A stretch of 64,000 bases of DNA. Origin: Longimicrobiales bacterium (lineage in GTDB: Bacteria > Gemmatimonadota > Gemmatimonadetes > Longimicrobiales > Gaopeijiaceae). A program made the position numbers and the translations under genes. Shown here piece by piece: positions 37,196 to 48,286 of the stretch (position 1 is the stretch's first letter; each line of letters starts with the position of its first letter). The DNA is taken from positions 96,001 through 160,000 of the forward strand of contig CBDCKN010000003.1 of assembly GCA_965218295.1 (NCBI GenBank), written 5' to 3'. Below the pieces are notes generated by a model, which saw only the letters and a list, made by a program, of their open reading frames with translations, had not been told where the DNA came from and made no database searches.

Positions 37196-38749
37196 ATGGC
37201 GGAATCAACTGCATCATCTGCTCTTCAACCGGGCGTACATAACAAGCGGCTTTTCTGGGGCTGCCTCATCGCGCTGGTTGCCACGTCCTTTGGTTTTATC
37301 GCTCGTGTTCTTACCGCCGGTGATTGGGGGGCCGAATTTGGTCTCTCCGAAACGCAAGTCGGGGAGATCCTTGGCGCCGGTCTCTGGCCGTTCGCGATAA
37401 GCATCATCCTTTTCAGTTTGGTGATAGACTATGTCGGCTACAAGGCAGCGATGTGGTTTGGCCTCGTCTGTCACACGCTCTCCACGGTCCTCATCCTCAT
37501 GGCGAACGACTACTGGATGATGTACATCGGGACCTTCGTCCTCGCCCTGGGAAGCGGCACCGTTGAGGCCTACATCAACCCCGTCGTTGCTACCGTTTTC
37601 TCCAAGGAGAAGACCAAGTGGCTGAATATCCTACACGCTGGTTGGCCGGGGGGCCTCGTCCTTGGCGGCATACTTGCCATTGCCCTCGGTGCTGACATGT
37701 ACTGGAAGTATAAAATCGCCATCATCCTTATACCGACAGTCGTTTACGCATTTCTGTTGATGAAGGAGCAGTTTCCGGTTCAGGAGCGGGTCGCCGCAGG
37801 CGTGTCCTACCGCGACATGCTAAGCGAGGTCGGCACCGTCGGCGCACTTATCATCGCCACAATGGTCATCATGGAAGTCGGTAGGATCTTTGGGTTCTCG
37901 CTGACCCTAGTAATTGCTCTGATCGTGCTGGCTACCGGCGGCTACGCGGCTTATACACGGTCCGCGGGCCGAGCGATGTTCATCCTGTTCCTGCTGATCA
38001 TGATGCCACTGGCGACCACCGAGCTTGGCGTCGACTCATGGATTACTGAATTCATGGCTGTTGAAATGAGCCAGCTGGGCCTGGCTGCAGGCTGGGTGCT
38101 CGTATATACCTCGGCCATCATGATGGTGCTCCGCTACTTCGCGGCCGGGCCTATCGTCGATCGGCTCACGCCGTTGGGCCTGCTCGCCGCCAGCGCGGCC
38201 GTAGCGAGTATAGGGCTCTTTGCGCTTTCCTGGGCTACGGGCGGCATGATGATCTTGTTGGCAGCCACGCTGTACGGCGTTGGCAAGACGTTCTTCTGGC
38301 CGACGACGTTGGGTGTCGTCTCTGAGCAATTCCCAAAGGGTGGTGCATTGACGATCAACGCCGTTGCCGGAGTAGGTCTCCTGGCCGTGGGTATCGTCGG
38401 CGCGCCCTTCCTCGGGTACATACAGGACCGTGCCATCGATGGGAACCTGTTTGCGACCGCTCCCGCGTTGCACGAGCAGGTTACGGACTCCAAAGTAGGT
38501 CTCTTCGGCGAGTATCGGGCGCTTGAGCCTGCGGCCGTGGCGGCTGCCTCCGAGGAAGACCAACAAATGATCTCCGGGGTGCAAGATGAATCCACAAAGG
38601 ATGCGCTGCGCACCGTCGCCGTGCTTCCGCTCATCATGCTCGCCTTCTACATCGGCTTGATTCTCTATTTCCGGGCAAGAGGCGGTTACAAGCCTGTCGA
38701 GCTCGAGCAAGAAAAAGAAGGGGACAGCACGGCGTCAGCCCTCTCCTGA
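37196..38749 (+). CDS. MFS transporter (sugar-type)
   Basis: ~12 TM; GTVEAYINP, LNILHAGWPGG, GKTFFWPT. Confidence 0.9.
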   Translation: MAESTASSALQPGVHNKRLFWGCLIALVATSFGFIARVLTAGDWGAEFGLSETQVGEILGAGLWPFAISIILFSLVIDYVGYKAAMWFGLVCHTLSTVLILMANDYWMMYIGTFVLALGSGTVEAYINPVVATVFSKEKTKWLNILHAGWPGGLVLGGILAIALGADMYWKYKIAIILIPTVVYAFLLMKEQFPVQERVAAGVSYRDMLSEVGTVGALIIATMVIMEVGRIFGFSLTLVIALIVLATGGYAAYTRSAGRAMFILFLLIMMPLATTELGVDSWITEFMAVEMSQLGLAAGWVLVYTSAIMMVLRYFAAGPIVDRLTPLGLLAASAAVASIGLFALSWATGGMMILLAATLYGVGKTFFWPTTLGVVSEQFPKGGALTINAVAGVGLLAVGIVGAPFLGYIQDRAIDGNLFATAPALHEQVTDSKVGLFGEYRALEPAAVAAASEEDQQMISGVQDESTKDALRTVAVLPLIMLAFYIGLILYFRARGGYKPVELEQEKEGDSTASALS

Positions 38750-38767
38750 GAGCAGCGGTCCCACGAG

Positions 38768-40654
38768 TTACCGAACGTCTCGAATGGACGGGCGGGCAGC
38801 AGTCGTGCCCCGCGGAATCACGGGCAGCAAAACGTGGGACGGGTACTCCGGGCTGTGGTAGACGGCCTGCTCGGCCGTCTCCATTCGGGTGCCCGTTCCC
38901 GGATCCTCCCCGGTATTCAGGTTTCGATCGAATCGCGGGAAGTTGCTGCTGGAGATCTCGACCCGGATCCTATGCCCAGGTAGGAACGTATTGCTGGTCG
39001 ACCACAGGTCGATCGTGTACTCGTAGACACCGGGTTCGATCTGGGTCGGCTGCGTGGGTGAGTCGCGATAGCGGGCCCGAATGATCCCGTCCTGAATGTT
39101 CTGCGCGTAGCCGTCGGGATGCACGTCCACGAGCTTAGCGGTCCAGTCGGTGTCCCTCGCTGACGTTGCGGCATACAGTGTGACAGTGATCGGGCCCGTT
39201 ACTTCGACCGGCTCCGTCAACTCGGGCGACGTATAAACCAGCACGTCGCGGCGGCGCTCGGCAGCACGCTGATCAAATGCGCCCATCGGCACGATGTTGC
39301 TCTGGCAGCAGTTGTTGCCGCCGAGCGTCGGAACCGGATTGGCAGGATCATACGTGAACGTGTCACTCGGGGTGCCACCCTCGGGCGGGTCGGTGGACAG
39401 GCTGCCGTCACCAAAAAGTGTGTTCGCGTTGCCGCCGCTGTGCAGGTAGTACTTCGTGTACCGCGTCCGCTCAAGTGGCCACTCATTCTCGTACCGCCAG
39501 TAGTTCTCGCCCATCACAAATATCTTGATCGGCGGCTCGTCGGCGACACCGTTGTCGATGCCCTTCAACCAGTAATCGAACCAGCGCAGGTAGACCGGCT
39601 GCATGTCGACTTCCGCCGCCGGACCGAAGTCGACCCGGTCGGTCTGATACGGCGCCCCGGGGAGGAAATTCGATCTACTGCCAAGGTCGTGCACCCACGG
39701 CCCGACCATGAGCCGCTTGCCCTGTCTGGCCACCTCGGTCTTGCCCTGTTCCCGGATCTCGATGTCGTCCTGAAGCATTCCGCTCAGGAAGATGTCGTAC
39801 CAGCCGCCAGTGCTTAACATCGGCACCGCGACTTTGTCCTGCGCCGCCTCGTGGCTGTTATCGTCCCAGTAAGCGTCACGCGTCGGGTGCCTCACCCAGT
39901 CGCGGTAGTGCTGGGTGCGGCGACCCACAGCCTCGTCCGCGGTGGCAATCGGTAGATGCTGGAACGCCTCGGGCCAGTCGTAGGCGAGGTACTCCTGGTT
40001 GACCCGCCCGTCGATGCGGAGACCGCCCCATTGCAGGGCAAATCCATACTGAAACGCCCCGCCCGTGTAGATCCAGTTCCCGTAGATGTCCAGCGTCGTC
40101 ACCGTCGGGGCCATGGCGGTCAGGTACTCACTCCCGCGGATCGCCTGCGTCATCTGCGTGAACCCGACGTACGACTCGCCAATCGTCCCGATCTTGCCGT
40201 TGCTCCACGGCTGCGTACCCAGCCATTCGTCGGTATCGAAGCCGTCGTCTGGCTCGTTCTTGAACGCGTAGAAGGTACCGTCGGAATCGTAGCGACCGCG
40301 GACGTCCTGCTGAACGACAACGTAGCCGCGCTCGGCGAACCATTTCGATTGCTCGACCGCGCCTAGCGAGTTGTTGCTGTAGGGCGTGCGCACGAGAATC
40401 ACGGGGAACGTTCCGTCGGCATCTGGCCGGTAGATGTCGGCCGAGAGGGTCACACCATCGCGCATCGGAACGCGAACGTTGTGCTCCATCCACACGTCGT
40501 AGCTCGGTTTCGAGAGTGTGCCCTGGTCATAATGGACGACGTCCGTCGGCTGTTGAGCCACGCCGACAATCTGTCCGCTGAGTCCCGGAGGGACGACCGC
40601 CGCGAGTTCCGTCACACCCGCGAGGAACAGGATGGGAAATGAACGCCGCATCAT
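38768..40654 (-). CDS. CocE/NonD family hydrolase, copy 1
   Basis: MRDGVTLSADIYRP, RTPY, DVRGR, GESY, GWYD, GPWVH, SSNFPRFDRN. Confidence 0.95.
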   Translation of the reverse strand: MMRRSFPILFLAGVTELAAVVPPGLSGQIVGVAQQPTDVVHYDQGTLSKPSYDVWMEHNVRVPMRDGVTLSADIYRPDADGTFPVILVRTPYSNNSLGAVEQSKWFAERGYVVVQQDVRGRYDSDGTFYAFKNEPDDGFDTDEWLGTQPWSNGKIGTIGESYVGFTQMTQAIRGSEYLTAMAPTVTTLDIYGNWIYTGGAFQYGFALQWGGLRIDGRVNQEYLAYDWPEAFQHLPIATADEAVGRRTQHYRDWVRHPTRDAYWDDNSHEAAQDKVAVPMLSTGGWYDIFLSGMLQDDIEIREQGKTEVARQGKRLMVGPWVHDLGSRSNFLPGAPYQTDRVDFGPAAEVDMQPVYLRWFDYWLKGIDNGVADEPPIKIFVMGENYWRYENEWPLERTRYTKYYLHSGGNANTLFGDGSLSTDPPEGGTPSDTFTYDPANPVPTLGGNNCCQSNIVPMGAFDQRAAERRRDVLVYTSPELTEPVEVTGPITVTLYAATSARDTDWTAKLVDVHPDGYAQNIQDGIIRARYRDSPTQPTQIEPGVYEYTIDLWSTSNTFLPGHRIRVEISSSNFPRFDRNLNTGEDPGTGTRMETAEQAVYHSPEYPSHVLLPVIPRGTTAARPSIRDVR

Positions 40655-40719
40655 CGCTTCACCTCCGTATGATGGACGGGTAACCTTGTGAGGTGCTGGA
40701 GTTTCTCGAACACGACCGA

Positions 40720-40776
40720 ATGTTGGCTACGGTAACGGTGGGGTTATTCTACCGCCAGTTGGTCTATCGGGTAAGC
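40720..40776 (-). promoter_or_regulatory. Promoter block shared by both CocE copies
   Basis: 57-bp block matches 54045-54101 at 55/57; TTACCC-17 bp-TAGAAT on minus strand. Confidence 0.6.
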
Positions 40777-41713
40777 TGAGGTCCTTCTCCACCCAATCGG
40801 TCGGAAGCCGTCGCCCGGGTCGTGCGCACCTCCGGGGACCGCTACCGCGTCGATCGGCCAGATGTTTTATCGTTATGACGCGCGGGCCGAAGACGGCGGT
40901 CTTGTACACCCTGGCTCGGAATGCCTACCTGTGTCGCCAATCCAGAAAGGATATCTCCTCCTCGCCGACATCTCTGGCTTCACGGCCTTTCTGGAGGGCA
41001 CGGAACTGGATCATGCCCAGGGCGTCATCGAGAACGTCATGCGCACGATCATCGGTGAGCTGACGCCTGCCTTGCAACTCGCCGAGGTGGAAGGCGACGC
41101 GGTCTTCGTATATGGCCTCGAGGAGGGGGTGACGCGCGGGGAGCTCATCTTCGAGCTGGTCGATGCCACGTACACGGCGTTCCGCGACCTTCGCAGGACC
41201 ATGAGCCGCAACGCCGCCTGTCCATGCCGGGCTTGTCAGTCCATCGATCATTTGGATCTGAAGTTCGTCATCCACTTCGGCGACTTCGTGCTCCAGGACG
41301 TGACCGGCAGGAGCAAGCCGCTCGGTTCCTCCGTGAACCTCGCTCACCGCCTGCTCAAGAACCACGTGACCGAACAGACGGGCTGGCATGCCTACGCTCT
41401 CTTCTCGGAGGCTACCCTCGAGCGGATGGGCATAGAGTCGCACGGCATGGGCGAGTTCGTCGAAGAGTACGACCATCTGGGTGAGGTCAGACTGTTCGGG
41501 CTCGATCTCGATGGTCGGTACCTCGACCTGGTCGACGGGCGCCGCATCCAAGTCGACGCCGAGGACTCGCATATCTCCGTCTCGAGGAGGTTCGGCACTT
41601 CACCCGCCACGACCTGGGACTGGTTCAACGACCCTGTGAAACGATCGCGGTGGATGCCGGGCTCGGACTGGCACGCACTGGCGCGCCCCGATGGGCGTAC
41701 CGGCCGCGGCGCA

Positions 41714-43091
41714 GAGCTAGGATCAAAGGGTGTGTAAAAAGAGAGGCGACGTACCTTTCCGCTGAGTAATAACCAGCGAACTCCGGGTGACAGCCCGGGG
41801 GAAAGGAACGACGCCTCGTGAGGAAGAATACGGTGGGACCCGAGGGTGAGTCCAGGACGCCCGTGTGGGAAGTTCTGGAAGAAGTGGTTCGGGAGAAGGC
41901 GCAGGAGTTCATTCAACAGATCTTGGAGGAGGAAGTCACGGAGTTGCTAGGGCGAGAGAAGTCAGAGCGCAGGAGGGTGGTGGACGCGACCGAGGGCTAC
42001 CGCAACGGATACGGCAAGCCGAGGCGGCTGGCGATGAGCTCGGGCACGATCACACTCCGACGCCCTCGAGTTCGAGGCCTTGAGGAGCGGTTCGAGAGCC
42101 GCGTGCTGCCGTTGTTCGCGAGGCGGACGAAGGAGCTGGGCGCTCTGCTTCCGGAGCTGTATCTGCACGGACTGGCGGAGGGAGACTTCGAGTTGGCGAT
42201 GCGGGGCCTGCTGGGCGAGGGGGCACCGCTGTCGAAGTCTTCGATTCGGCGGCTGCGGGCGGGATGGACGGCGGAGTTCGAGGAATGGAGCCAGCGTCGC
42301 CTGGAGGGTCGTGAGGTCGTCTACGTGTGGGCGGACGGGATCTATGTGAAGGCAGGGCTGGAGCGGGACAAAGCGGCGCTGCTGGTGGTGCTGGGTGCCA
42401 TGCGAGACGGGACGAAAGAGGTGTTGGCCCTGAGAGCGGGCTACCGAGAGTCGGTCGAGTCCTGGTCCGAGGTGTTGCGGGACCTGAAGGCACGCGGCAT
42501 CGAGGCGCCCCGGCTTCTGATGGCGGACGGTAACGCTGCGATCTGGGGCGCAGTACGGCAGGTATGGCCTGAGGCGGGTGAGCAACGGTGCTGGAACCAC
42601 AAGATGAGGAACGTGCTGGACCGACTACCTCAGCGGGAGCAGGGCGAGGCGAAGGATCTTCTCCGGGCCGTGGTCTACGCACCGAGCCGGGCCGAGGCCC
42701 TGAAGGCCCGCGAGGTGTTCGCCCGACGCTATAGGCCGTGGTATCCGAAAGCAGTGGACGTACTCGAGGACGACTGGGAGCGGATGGTAGCGTTCTACGA
42801 CTTCCCCGAGGACCACTGGAAGCATCTACGCACGACGAACGTGGTCGAGAGCCCGTTCGCCGCGGTACGGCTCAGGACGACAGCAGCGAAGCGGTTCAAG
42901 CGGGTCGAGAGCGCTACGGCGCTAATCTGGAAGTTGCTCTTGGTGGCTGAGAAGCGGTTCCGAAGGCTCGACGCTCCTCACCTCCTCAAGGACGTATTTG
43001 AAGGAAGAAAGTTCGAAGACGGAAAGCCCGTCTCACACCAACAGCGGAAGAACGCCGCCTAATACGTTTACACACCTATTGACCCAACCTC
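41714..43091 (+). mobile_element. IS256-family insertion sequence, 1378 bp
   Basis: Imperfect 25-bp IRs GAGCTAGGATCAAAGGGTGTGTAAA / GAGGTTGGGTCAATAGGTGTGTAAA; 8-bp TSD GCGGCGCA at 41706-13 and 43092-99. Confidence 0.95.
41818..43062 (+). CDS. IS256-family transposase
   Basis: YRNGY, VWADG, MADG, QRCWNH, RTTNVVES. Confidence 0.95.
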   Translation: MRKNTVGPEGESRTPVWEVLEEVVREKAQEFIQQILEEEVTELLGREKSERRRVVDATEGYRNGYGKPRRLAMSSGTITLRRPRVRGLEERFESRVLPLFARRTKELGALLPELYLHGLAEGDFELAMRGLLGEGAPLSKSSIRRLRAGWTAEFEEWSQRRLEGREVVYVWADGIYVKAGLERDKAALLVVLGAMRDGTKEVLALRAGYRESVESWSEVLRDLKARGIEAPRLLMADGNAAIWGAVRQVWPEAGEQRCWNHKMRNVLDRLPQREQGEAKDLLRAVVYAPSRAEALKAREVFARRYRPWYPKAVDVLEDDWERMVAFYDFPEDHWKHLRTTNVVESPFAAVRLRTTAAKRFKRVESATALIWKLLLVAEKRFRRLDAPHLLKDVFEGRKFEDGKPVSHQQRKNAA

Positions 43092-43430
43092 GCGGCGCAC
43101 AAAACCACTGCACGATTTCGAAGGTGGTCGAGCAGGTTCTCGACTGGCACCCGTTCGACTACTACACTGTGCGATTCAGCAAGGGCCCTTGGCACCTGCT
43201 GAGCACCGTCGAGTGCGAGCCTTTCGACGGGGGCACCGAAGTGCGTTGGAAGCTGCAGGCCGAGGGCCGCCTTCCACGTCCTCTGCTCGTGCTCGCGTGC
43301 CACGGCATGGCAAGGTACGGAATCGAGCTCGACGAAGCGCTCAGACGCCTGACGGTTCTTCTCCCGGAGCCCGGCTCGGCGCACGTCGACACACCCTCGT
43401 GATGCCGGACGTGATGGTTGGAGCCGATCA

Positions 43431-44411
43431 ATGAGCAAAGCGGTGAGGATTCACGAGGTGGGCGGGCCTGAAGTCCTGAAGTTCGAGACGGTCGAGGTGG
43501 ACGATCCCGGGCCTGGGCAGGCCCTGCTGAGACAGACTGCGGCAGGTCTCAACTACATCGATACCTACCAGCGGACCGGACTGTATCCGCTGGCATCCTT
43601 TCCGGTGATCCTGGGCATGGAAGGCGCCGGTGTGGTCGAGGCGGTGGGTGAAGGCGTTACCGAAGTCGACGTCGGCGATCGCGTCGCCTACAGCATGGCG
43701 CTCGGCGCGTACGCAGAACGGCGACTGGTTCCGGCCGCAGTGCTCGTGCGCCTGCCGGACGGCATCAGCGACGATCAGGGTGCGGCGATGATGCTGAAGG
43801 GCTGCACGGCGCAGTACCTCCTCCGTCGCACGTACCGGGTCGATGCCGGCGATACGATCCTCATCCATGCGGCGGCGGGTGGGGTCGGTCTGATCGTGTG
43901 CCAGTGGGCCAAGCATCTGGGCGCGACGGTCATCGGCACGGTCGGAAGCGCCGACAAGGCCGCGCTCGCCAAGGCACATGGATGCGACCACGCGATCGAC
44001 TACAGGACAGAGAACTTCGCCGAACGGGTCAGGGAGATCACGAACGGAGCCGGTGTCCCGGTCGTCTACGACTCTGTGGGCAGGGATACCTTCACGGCCT
44101 CTCTGGACTGCCTCCAGCCGCACAGCCTGTTGGTGAGCTTCGGCCAATCCTCGGGGGCGATCCCGCCCTTCGACCCGGGCGTGTTGGCACAAAAGGGGTC
44201 GCTCTTCCTCACGCGCCCTTCACTAGCCGGCTACATAGGCACCCGCGAGGAGCTCGAGGCGACGGCGACCGAGCTGTTCGACGTGGTGCTGAGCGGCGCG
44301 GTCAAGATCGAGGTGAATCAGACGTATCCGCTCGAAGAGGTCGCCACGGCCCACCGCAATCTCGAGGCGCGGAAGACGACCGGCTCGACCGTGCTTCGGA
44401 TGGCGGGATAG
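43431..44411 (+). CDS. qor: NADPH:quinone oxidoreductase (zeta-crystallin type)
   Basis: GLNYIDTYQRTGLY, HAAAGGVG, YDSVG, KGSLFLTRP, RKTTGS. Confidence 0.92.
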   Translation: MSKAVRIHEVGGPEVLKFETVEVDDPGPGQALLRQTAAGLNYIDTYQRTGLYPLASFPVILGMEGAGVVEAVGEGVTEVDVGDRVAYSMALGAYAERRLVPAAVLVRLPDGISDDQGAAMMLKGCTAQYLLRRTYRVDAGDTILIHAAAGGVGLIVCQWAKHLGATVIGTVGSADKAALAKAHGCDHAIDYRTENFAERVREITNGAGVPVVYDSVGRDTFTASLDCLQPHSLLVSFGQSSGAIPPFDPGVLAQKGSLFLTRPSLAGYIGTREELEATATELFDVVLSGAVKIEVNQTYPLEEVATAHRNLEARKTTGSTVLRMAG

Positions 44412-44467
44412 GCCCCAGAGTGGATGCCGTAGCGGGACCCGGGGCTTTTATGACGGAACGTACGACC

Positions 44468-46138
44468 TCAGCGACGCCTTGGTTCGACAGGCTCGAAGCT
44501 CCGGTAGTCGTTAGGATCGCCGCTGCCTTTGTATCTCGCCTGCAGCGGATATGGATAATGGGGCCGAGTGAATTCGTACCTGTCGGGTACCGATGCACTC
44601 GCTTCAACGGAAGTCATTCCGTCGGCATGATAGCCTATCATCATATCGGGCGTCTGACCCTGTTCGACCCAGGCTTCTAGATAGCTGAAAAAGTCGCCGG
44701 TGGCCGCGCCATCGCCACCAGAGCAATGCGACCGCCCCGGAATCATGAACAGCCGAACAGACTCTTGGGTGCTGGCCCGCCCGCCCATGATTCTCTCCGC
44801 CATCTCATAATAATCGGCGGTGACTCGTGGCCCGTTCGCGCCGGAGTCTTCCCAGCCCTGGATGATCATCAGCTTGCCACCCGCAGCCTTGAGGTTACGC
44901 AGATCGGGATTGCCGTAGCCCGTCACAATCGCATCCATCATCCCGGTGCGCTTGTAGTCGTGGTCGAAATCAAAATCGGTCGCCTTCCAGCTCGGCCCCG
45001 GATCCGGATTGAAACCCATGTACTGCCACCAGCTGGTCTTATACTCGGGATCCATGGAAAAGAAGGTACCCTTCTCCGAGCCGGGCAGAGCGGGTAACCA
45101 GGGGAAGTATTTGCTGATCTTCTCGCCTTTCGACGTCACCGGCCCCTCGTAGACTTTCCTGGCCGCCTCCACCTGGACCGGCGACAGACAGCCCGATCTT
45201 TGACCCCGCTCGCAGGTCAGTTCGGCAGGATCGAATTCACAGGTCCGGGGATCGCCACCGATGATCCCATCCTCGAGGCCATCGTCCGCATCGCATGCGG
45301 CCATGGCTCCCTCGTGAAGCACGTCCAGATCGGCGGGCGTGAAAAGCGGATTGCCGTCCTCGTCATGCATCGCCAGGGCGTTCCAAAGGATCATGACGCC
45401 CGTGGACGTCACGATGGAGGGCTCCAGGGCAAGAATGCCGTCGAAGTTCCACGGAAATCGCTGCGCTTCGACCATCCCCTGCTTGCCGCCGCCGGAACAG
45501 CCAACATGATAGGAGAACTCTGGGGCCCTGCCGTAGTAGTGTTCTATGATGGCCTTGCCCGCCAGGGCGACGACATGGTGACCGCGGATGCCGTAATCAA
45601 ACTCCGCCTGGAGATTGTTGTAGGCCCACGAGGCCCTGGATCCTATGCCAGTATGGCCTGTATTGTGCGTGATACAGGCATAGCCTCTCCGCAATCCCTC
45701 ATCGCACCAGGGGGCCCGCGCCTCCGTCGAGCCGCCATAGCCGCCAGGGCTCGCCTCCATAAAGTTGCCGTTCCATTCGGGGCTCCCCGGCATTCGTAAC
45801 ACGAATTCGACATTGGGCGAGACATAGCCCTCCACACGGCAATGGGCGGGCACATCGCCGGCGGCATCCACCACCCGGGCTTGCGTCACCTGCGTCGGCG
45901 CATCCTGAAGGGTCGTGAAGTCCGCCGTCGGCAGCGGAGGATGACCAGGTAAAGGTCTTGTCGGGAAGAGCGCCTCGCAGTCGGCGACAGCAGCCGACGG
46001 GCCACCGGGCCGGGCCGCCTCGCCGGGATCTGTCTCAACGGCCAGGATCGCACCGGCGCTCAGGCTGCCGGCCCCGACCCACACCGCTCCCATCGCCAGG
46101 GCCAGGCCCAACGCGAGTTTTTCTACGGTGTGCTTCAT
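44468..46138 (-). CDS. Tannase/feruloyl esterase family hydrolase, paralog A
   Basis: GCSGGGKQG, AQRFPWNFDG, CDADDGLEDG, QGWED, PGRSHC, HYPYP. Confidence 0.92.
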   Translation of the reverse strand: MKHTVEKLALGLALAMGAVWVGAGSLSAGAILAVETDPGEAARPGGPSAAVADCEALFPTRPLPGHPPLPTADFTTLQDAPTQVTQARVVDAAGDVPAHCRVEGYVSPNVEFVLRMPGSPEWNGNFMEASPGGYGGSTEARAPWCDEGLRRGYACITHNTGHTGIGSRASWAYNNLQAEFDYGIRGHHVVALAGKAIIEHYYGRAPEFSYHVGCSGGGKQGMVEAQRFPWNFDGILALEPSIVTSTGVMILWNALAMHDEDGNPLFTPADLDVLHEGAMAACDADDGLEDGIIGGDPRTCEFDPAELTCERGQRSGCLSPVQVEAARKVYEGPVTSKGEKISKYFPWLPALPGSEKGTFFSMDPEYKTSWWQYMGFNPDPGPSWKATDFDFDHDYKRTGMMDAIVTGYGNPDLRNLKAAGGKLMIIQGWEDSGANGPRVTADYYEMAERIMGGRASTQESVRLFMIPGRSHCSGGDGAATGDFFSYLEAWVEQGQTPDMMIGYHADGMTSVEASASVPDRYEFTRPHYPYPLQARYKGSGDPNDYRSFEPVEPRRR

Positions 46139-46194
46139 CGAGTATCTCCTTGCTGATTCTGCGTGCGTGAGGAGCCTCATCCGTCACGTCGATT

Positions 46195-47829
46195 TCAGCG
46201 ACGCCTTGGTTCGGCAGGCTCGAAATTCCGGTAGTCGTTCGGATCGCCGCTACCTTTGTATCTCGCCTGCAGCGGATATGGATAATGGGGCCGGGTGAAG
46301 TCGTACCTGTCGGGTACCGATGAATTCGCTTCAACGGAAGTTATTCCTTCGGCATGGTAGCCTACGATCATATCCGGTGCCTGACCCTCTTCGACCCAGG
46401 CTTCTAGATAGCTGAGAAAGTCGCCGCTAGCCGCACCCACGCCACCAGAGCAATGCGACCGCCCCGGAATCATGAAGAGGCGATAAAATTCCTGGGTGCT
46501 GGCCCGCCCGCCCATGATTTTTTCCGCCATCTCATAGTAGTCGGCACTGACTTGCGGCCCGGGAAGGCCGGAGTCTTCCCAGCCCTGGATGACCATCAGC
46601 TTGCCACCCGCAGCCTTCAAGTTACGCAGATCGGGATTGTTGTAGCCATTCACAACCGCGTCCATCATCGCGGTACGCTTGTAATCGTGGTCGAAATCAA
46701 AATCGGCCCACGTCCAACTCGGCCCCGGATCCGGATTGAAACCCATGAACCGCCACCAACTGGTCTTATACTCGAGATCCATGGAAAAGAAGGTACCCAG
46801 CTCCGAGCCGGGCGTGGCGGGGTACCAGGGGAAATATCTGCTGACCTTCTCGCCTTCCGACGTCACCGGCCCGCTGTAGACTTTCCTGGCCGCCTCCACC
46901 TGGACCGGCGACAGACAGCCCGATCTCTGACCCGGCTCGCAGGTCAGTTCGGCAGGATCGAATGCGCAGGTCCGGGGATCACCACCGATGATCCCATCCT
47001 CGAGGCCATCGTCCGCATCGCATGCGGCGATGGCCCCCGCGTGAAGCACGTCCCGATCGGCGGGCGTGAAAAGCCGATTGCCGTCCTCGTCATGAGTCGC
47101 CCGGGAGTTCCACAGGAGCAGGACACCCGAGGCCGTCACGCTGGATGGCTCCATAGCGAGAATGCCGTCGAAGTTCCACGGAAATCGCTGCGCTTCGACC
47201 ATCCCCTGCTTGCCACCGCCGGAACAGCCAAGATGATAGGAGAACTCTGGCGCCCTGCCGTAGTAGTGTTCGGTGATGGCCTTGCCCGCCAGGGCGGCGA
47301 CATGGTGACCGCGGATGCCGTAATCAAACTCCGCCTGGAGATTGTTGTAGGCCCACGAGGCCCTCATTCCCCAGCCAGTATGCCCCGTATCGTGCGAGAT
47401 ACAGGCATAGCCTCTCCGCAATGCCTCGTCGCACCAGCCGGCCATCGCTTCCGTCGAGCCGCCATATCCACCAAGGCTCGCCTCCAGAAAATTGCCGTTC
47501 CAGTCGGAGCTCCCCGGCAGTCGTAACACGATCCCGACATTGGGCGAGACATAGCCCTCCGCACGGCAATAGGCGGGCACATCGCCAGCAGCATCCACCA
47601 CCCGGGCTCCCGTCACCTGCGTCGGCGCATCCTGAATGGCCGTGAAGTCCGTCGTCGGCAGCGCCTCGCAATCAGCGACAGCCACCGACAGGCCACCGGG
47701 CCGGGCCGCCTCGCTGGGATCTATCTCAACGGCCAGGATCGTACCGGCGCTCGGACTGCCGGCCCCGACCCACACCGCTCCCATCGCCAGCGCCAGGCCC
47801 ACCGCGAATCTCTTGAACGTGTGCTTCAT
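46195..47829 (-). CDS. Tannase/feruloyl esterase family hydrolase, paralog B
   Basis: Same motifs, collinear with paralog A. Confidence 0.92.
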   Translation of the reverse strand: MKHTFKRFAVGLALAMGAVWVGAGSPSAGTILAVEIDPSEAARPGGLSVAVADCEALPTTDFTAIQDAPTQVTGARVVDAAGDVPAYCRAEGYVSPNVGIVLRLPGSSDWNGNFLEASLGGYGGSTEAMAGWCDEALRRGYACISHDTGHTGWGMRASWAYNNLQAEFDYGIRGHHVAALAGKAITEHYYGRAPEFSYHLGCSGGGKQGMVEAQRFPWNFDGILAMEPSSVTASGVLLLWNSRATHDEDGNRLFTPADRDVLHAGAIAACDADDGLEDGIIGGDPRTCAFDPAELTCEPGQRSGCLSPVQVEAARKVYSGPVTSEGEKVSRYFPWYPATPGSELGTFFSMDLEYKTSWWRFMGFNPDPGPSWTWADFDFDHDYKRTAMMDAVVNGYNNPDLRNLKAAGGKLMVIQGWEDSGLPGPQVSADYYEMAEKIMGGRASTQEFYRLFMIPGRSHCSGGVGAASGDFLSYLEAWVEEGQAPDMIVGYHAEGITSVEANSSVPDRYDFTRPHYPYPLQARYKGSGDPNDYRNFEPAEPRRR

Positions 47830-47888
47830 CAAGTACCTCCATATGGTTCTGCGTGCCTGAAAAACCGCTCCGTCACGTCCCGTCAATC

Positions 47889-48274
47889 TCATCGACGCTC
47901 TGGATCGAATGCCTCGAAGCTCCGATAGTCGTTCGGATCGCCGCTGCCTTTGTATCTCGCTTGCAGCGGAAATGGGTAATGAGGCCGAGTGAAGTCGTAC
48001 GTGTCGGGTACCGATGAACTCGTTTCAACGGAAGTCATTCCGTCGGCATGATAACCTATCATCATATCGGGCGCCTGACCCTGTTCGACCCAGGCTTCTA
48101 GATAGCTGAAAAAGTCGCCGGTGGCCGCGCCATTGCCACCACGGCAATGCGACCGCCCCGGAATCATGAACAGCCGAACAGACTCTTGGATGCTGGCCCG
48201 CCCGCCCATGATTTTTTCCGCCATCTCATCGCCAGGGCCAGGCCCAACGCGAATCTCTTGAACGTGCGCTCCAT
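47889..48274 (-). pseudogene. Tannase paralog C with large internal deletion
   Basis: Signal start MERTFKRFALGLALAM fused out of frame to C-terminal EMAEKIMGG...PERR. Confidence 0.85.
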
Positions 48275-48286
48275 CGTATCTTCCTT

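Larger units (their letters stand above)
40931..43402 (+). pseudogene. DUF2652 (class III cyclase-like) + SRPBCC protein interrupted by IS256
   Basis: LLLADISGFT, VEGDAV, CPCRAC, AHRLLKN; removing the IS and one TSD rejoins GRTGRGA|QNHC...VLDWHPFDYYT in frame. Confidence 0.85.
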
